Source: Planctomycetota bacterium
Lineage (GTDB): Bacteria; Planctomycetota; GCA-002687715; CAIWVZ01
DNA length: 34,410 nucleotides
Assembly: GCA_017853435.1 (NCBI GenBank)
Contig: JAFMJN010000003.1
Coordinates: 1 to 34,410 of the forward strand
Direction of reading: 5' to 3'
The position numbers were made by a program, and so were the translations under genes. The notes beneath the pieces were generated by a model. It saw nothing but the letters and a program-made list of their open reading frames with translations, was not told the DNA's origin and searched no databases. Shown in pieces: positions 30,702 through 34,410 of the stretch; the first letter of the stretch is position 1, and each line of letters opens with the position of its first letter.

Positions 30702-31409
30702 CTACATCGCCGCGACGAAACGACCGCACGACCCGCACCGGACGATCTCGCCCTCGGCGAGTCGCGTCTTCACCTGCGCGCCGAACGACGTGAAGCACCC
30801 GTCGCAACTGCCGCTTCCGTACGGGACCACGGGTCGGCCTCCCGACTTCGCCGCGAGATGTTCGTAGTCGCGCAGAAGGGCTTCCGGAACGCGTCCGGCC
30901 GCTTCCCGCCGATGTGCGTCCTCGATCGCCAGTTGCGCTTCGAGTTCGGCGAGTCTGGGCGCGCACTCGGCGGCGACCTCCGCGGCGGTGCGCGCGGCGG
31001 CGTCCGCGTCCGCGGCGCACCCGGCGGCGACCTCCGCGGCGGCCTCGGCCCGCTCCATCGCGACCAACGCGGCCTCCTCGAGGAGAGCGTTTTGTGCGCC
31101 TCGGGCCTCGATTCGCGTCTTCAGGCCCTCGAACTCCTTCATGCCGCCGGCCACGTCCATCTGCTGGGACAGCCGACGGAGTTCCGACTCCCCCGCCTCG
31201 AGTTTCGCGGACGCTTCCGCCGAAGCCCGCTGCGCATCCCCCGCGCGTGCGGAAGCCTGCGACGCCATGGTCGCGGCCGTCGCCGCCGCCTTCGCGGCCG
31301 CATCGCGTCGCGCCGTTTCGGCACGCACACGCACCACCACCGCGTCGCGCGCGCGATCCGCCTCCGCGAGCTCGAGAAGTTCCCGAAGTCCGGGCGGAAG
31401 CGGTTTCAT
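30702..31409 (-). CDS. Coiled-coil protein with C4-type zinc ribbon (CT398/HP0958/DUF164 family)
   Basis: Long Ala/Glu/Arg coiled coil, then LL..YE, CDGC...CGSCGR. Sits immediately downstream of rpoD; start MKPLPP is 1 bp after the rpoD stop. Confidence 0.85.
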   Translation of the reverse strand: MKPLPPGLRELLELAEADRARDAVVVRVRAETARRDAAAKAAATAATMASQASARAGDAQRASAEASAKLEAGESELRRLSQQMDVAGGMKEFEGLKTRIEARGAQNALLEEAALVAMERAEAAAEVAAGCAADADAAARTAAEVAAECAPRLAELEAQLAIEDAHRREAAGRVPEALLRDYEHLAAKSGGRPVVPYGSGSCDGCFTSFGAQVKTRLAEGEIVRCGSCGRFVAAM

Positions 31410-31410
31410 G

Positions 31411-33150
31411 TCAAAGTTGGGTGTTTTCGAGGAAGCCTTCGAGACGTCGCGCACGCATCGGGTGCTGCAACTTCATGACGGCCTTCGCCTCGATCTGACG
31501 CACGCGTTCGCGGGTCACCTTGAAGATGCGGCCGACCTCTTCGAGCGTATAGGTGTATCCGTCGCCGATGCCGTAGCGCAGCTTCAAAATCTCGCGCTCG
31601 CGGTAATTCAACGTTTGAAGGACTTCTTCGATCTGATCCTTCAGCATGCGCCCCGAGGCGCTCTGCACGGGCGATTCGGCCATCGGATCTTCGATGAAGT
31701 CGCCGAAGTACGAGTCTTCCGAGTCGCCGACCGGACGATCGAGCGAAATCGGGTGCTTCGCGATCTTCATGATCCGCTTCGTCTCGTCGGCCGACACGCC
31801 CGAAGCCTCCGCGATCTCCTCCGTGGAGGGTTCGCGTCCGAGCTGCTGCACGAGCTTCTTCTGCACGTTGCGCAGTTTGCTCATGGTCTCGATCATGTGG
31901 ACCGGAATACGGATCGTGCGCGCCTGATCGGCGATGGCGCGCGTGATCGCCTGACGGATCCACCACGTCGCGTACGTCGAGAATTTGTAGCCGCGCTGAT
32001 ATTCGTACTTCTCGACGGCCTTCATGAGGCCGGTGTTCCCCTCCTGGATGAGGTCGAGGAACGAGAGTCCGCGGTTGCGGTACTTCTTCGCGATCGACAC
32101 CACGAGGCGGAGGTTGCCCGACGAGAGGCAACGTTTCGCCTCTTCGTACGCGGCGAATCGATCCTTCACCTGTTCGAGGCGGCGACGCACCCGTTCGGGA
32201 GCTTCGCAGGCGCGTTCCGCGAGTTCGCGGAGCCGCTCTTCCGCATCTTCGAGTTCGCGCTTGCGCTTCGACGACCGGAACGCGGCGACTTCCTCTTCCA
32301 CGGACGCGATCGCGCGCTCGTGTTCGATCACGGCCTCCATGAGGGGACCGAGATGCTTGATCTGGAGGCCGAGTTCTTCGGCGAGACGGGCACACTTGCG
32401 CCGATTCGCATGCAAAGTCCGCAAGAGTCGTGCGACTTCGGCCTTCGGGGCGGGCTTGCCGCCGAATCCCTGCAGCGCCCGGAAGACTTCGGTGTTCTTT
32501 TCGAGCAGTCGGCGGATGGTCGCCACGTTCTCGGGAAGGCGGTCGCCGACGTTGTCCTTGTCGATTTCGCCGACCTTCAACGTGCGGTCGAGGGCCAAGG
32601 CTCCGCGATCGACGTCCTCGAAGATCTTCACGGCCGCCCACGACGCGATCGCCGATTCGAGCAGCTTGTTGCGGTACATCTTGCGCGCGAGTTCGATGCG
32701 CCGCGCATGGGCGATTTCCTGCTCGCGCGTGAGCAGAGGGATCTCGCCCATCTGCGTGAGGTACATCCGCACCGGGTCGTCGATCTTCTCGACCGGACCC
32801 GCCGGAATGAACTCCTCTTCCGTGTCTTCTTCGTCCTGCCCGAGTTGCGCGGCGATCGCTCCCGCATCGGGATCGTCGTCGTCGGTCGTCATGAGGCCGC
32901 GCGGAACGCTCCGCGCTTCCTCTTCTTCGACGACCTCGACGCCTTCCTCCGTCAACCAGAGATAGATCTCTTCGAGTTTCTCGGCGGAGATGAGATCGAC
33001 GGGAAGCGCCTTGTTGACGCGATCGTAGGTCAGGAACCCGGATTTCTTGCCTTCGGCGAGCAGCGCCGCGAACTCCGGAAACTGCGGAGCCTTGTGCTCC
33101 GGCGCCGCCTCGCGGTTTTCCTTGCGGTCGCTGGGTCGACGCCTCGTCAT
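31411..33150 (-). CDS. rpoD: RNA polymerase primary sigma factor (sigma70)
   Basis: Region 1.1 [10 protein letters not shown]; 1.2 [12 protein letters not shown]; 2 [49 protein letters not shown]; 4 [21 protein letters not shown]. Follows dnaG. Confidence 0.97.
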   Translation of the reverse strand: MTRRRPSDRKENREAAPEHKAPQFPEFAALLAEGKKSGFLTYDRVNKALPVDLISAEKLEEIYLWLTEEGVEVVEEEEARSVPRGLMTTDDDDPDAGAIAAQLGQDEEDTEEEFIPAGPVEKIDDPVRMYLTQMGEIPLLTREQEIAHARRIELARKMYRNKLLESAIASWAAVKIFEDVDRGALALDRTLKVGEIDKDNVGDRLPENVATIRRLLEKNTEVFRALQGFGGKPAPKAEVARLLRTLHANRRKCARLAEELGLQIKHLGPLMEAVIEHERAIASVEEEVAAFRSSKRKRELEDAEERLRELAERACEAPERVRRRLEQVKDRFAAYEEAKRCLSSGNLRLVVSIAKKYRNRGLSFLDLIQEGNTGLMKAVEKYEYQRGYKFSTYATWWIRQAITRAIADQARTIRIPVHMIETMSKLRNVQKKLVQQLGREPSTEEIAEASGVSADETKRIMKIAKHPISLDRPVGDSEDSYFGDFIEDPMAESPVQSASGRMLKDQIEEVLQTLNYREREILKLRYGIGDGYTYTLEEVGRIFKVTRERVRQIEAKAVMKLQHPMRARRLEGFLENTQL

Positions 33151-34410
33151 GACTCGGATTCTCCGCCCCCCGAGCCGCGACGACGGTGGCGCTCGTACAG
33201 TTCGCGGAGGGCGTCTTCGTCCCCGGTGAACCGAACTTTCTCGCGCAACCGCGCCTGCTCCAGGCGCTGCCGTTCATCTTCCAACCACCGGACGGCGTCT
33301 TCAAGGCGTTCCAACCGTCCTTCGTCCGCATCCTCCTCGACGGCGAGACGAGAAATCTCGCCCGCTCCGGGAAGGTCCCCGAAGGCGATCACCACGTCCG
33401 CCGTCACCGGATTGGCGGTTTCGAGGCAAAGCCTCAGAACCTCCTGCAAAGCCAACGCGAAGGGCTGTTCCGACGGCAGAAAATGCGCCGCAACGACGTT
33501 CCGAGCGAGGAATTCCGCCGAAGCGGGATCATGAAGCACGCCACGAAGGATCGTGACGAGCGGCGCCCTTCGACGACGATCCGCCGGCAAGATCGACTTG
33601 GACGTTTTTTCGGAAGTTCCTTCTCCGCGCGGAGCGGCCGCGGCGGGCGCCGCGCCGACGCGCGCCCGCAACGCCAAATCGCGAAGCGTCGTTTCGGGGA
33701 CCGCGATCGCCGTCGCCCCTTTCGAAAGGAAGGCGTCGCGGGCGACCGGATCTTCGACGAGGGCGACCAATCCGGCCAAACCGTGAGCCGCGCGACGTTT
33801 GCCTTCGACGGTCGAGAGGTCGTTCGTCTCGCACCACCGCGCGAGAGCGAAATCCGCGAGGTCCACGCCGGACTCCGTCATCACGGCGGCTCCGGCGGGA
33901 CCCGTCCGCACGAGAAAGTCGGCGGGGTCTTCACCTCCCGGCAAGGTGACGACGCGAATGTCGAGACCGCGACCGAGCAGCAACGGCAACGCGCGCAACG
34001 ACGCCTTGACGCCCGCGGCGTCGCCGTCGTAGAGCATCGTCACGCGATCGGTGTAGCGCGACAACAGACGCACTTGATCGGGAGTCAACGCCGTACCGAG
34101 CGTCGCGACGGCCCCCTTCACTCCGCACTGCCCCGCGAGAATGACGTCGGTATACCCCTCCATCACGATCGCCGGAGTTCCGGGGCGCACTTCGTCCTTC
34201 AGTCTCTCGACGCCGTAGACCGTATGGCCTTTCTTGAACCACGCGGTTTCGGGTGAATTCAGATACTTGGGTTCGGATCCGTCGAGGGACCGGGCCCCGA
34301 AGCCGATCACGCGCGCCTGAGCGTCGAGAATCGGGATGACGAGTCGATTGCGGAATCGATCGTAGACGCCGCTGCCGTCCTGCCGAGGTACGACGAGCCC
34401 CGCCGCTTCG
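33147..34410 (-). CDS. dnaG: DNA primase (partial; 5' end lies outside the window)
   Basis: [52 protein letters not shown]. The frame stays open to the window edge and the stop overlaps the rpoD start (ATGA). Confidence 0.96.
   Translation of the reverse strand, partial: EAAGLVVPRQDGSGVYDRFRNRLVIPILDAQARVIGFGARSLDGSEPKYLNSPETAWFKKGHTVYGVERLKDEVRPGTPAIVMEGYTDVILAGQCGVKGAVATLGTALTPDQVRLLSRYTDRVTMLYDGDAAGVKASLRALPLLLGRGLDIRVVTLPGGEDPADFLVRTGPAGAAVMTESGVDLADFALARWCETNDLSTVEGKRRAAHGLAGLVALVEDPVARDAFLSKGATAIAVPETTLRDLALRARVGAAPAAAAPRGEGTSEKTSKSILPADRRRRAPLVTILRGVLHDPASAEFLARNVVAAHFLPSEQPFALALQEVLRLCLETANPVTADVVIAFGDLPGAGEISRLAVEEDADEGRLERLEDAVRWLEDERQRLEQARLREKVRFTGDEDALRELYERHRRRGSGGGESES

Noticed and set aside
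30988-33534. Long antisense or alternate-frame ORFs (848 aa here; also 19234..21741, 22608..24551, 3938..5902, 10252..12063, 2073..4364)
   Set aside because: They overlap well-supported genes, lack recognisable motifs, and are expected shadows of high-GC codon usage with few stop codons.
1-34410. Mobile element, prophage or horizontally acquired island
   Set aside because: No transposase, integrase, phage gene, att-like repeat or clear compositional break was seen. Codon-bias differences track probable expression level instead.

Overview
High-GC bacterial chromosomal segment, mostly housekeeping and cell-envelope genes. A Planctomycetota/PVC origin is inferred from gene content and order, not proven. 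Recognisable genes are rpmG, cutA, lolD, a LolC/E permease, polA, lgt, prs, homodimeric glyQS, RNase P RNA (rnpB), ychF, a C4 zinc-ribbon protein, rpoD and a partial dnaG. Between them lie less familiar genes: (i) a 1804-aa Ser/Thr kinase-STAND ATPase-TPR-GAF-His kinase-receiver fusion transcribed divergently from polA; (ii) an O-antigen-ligase-like/TPR membrane protein translationally coupled to a small Pro/Ser/Thr-rich membrane-anchored protein and divergent from a 7-bladed Kelch lipoprotein, a candidate protein O-glycosylation locus; (iii) two exported apparent pseudo-enzymes (HExxH changed to HISSH; GxSxG changed to GHAFG); (iv) a HEAT-repeat lipoprotein gene carrying tandem DnaA-box-like sites. 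I found no CRISPR array, tRNA, rRNA, transposase, integrase or prophage. All domain calls come from reading motifs by eye; no database searches were run.
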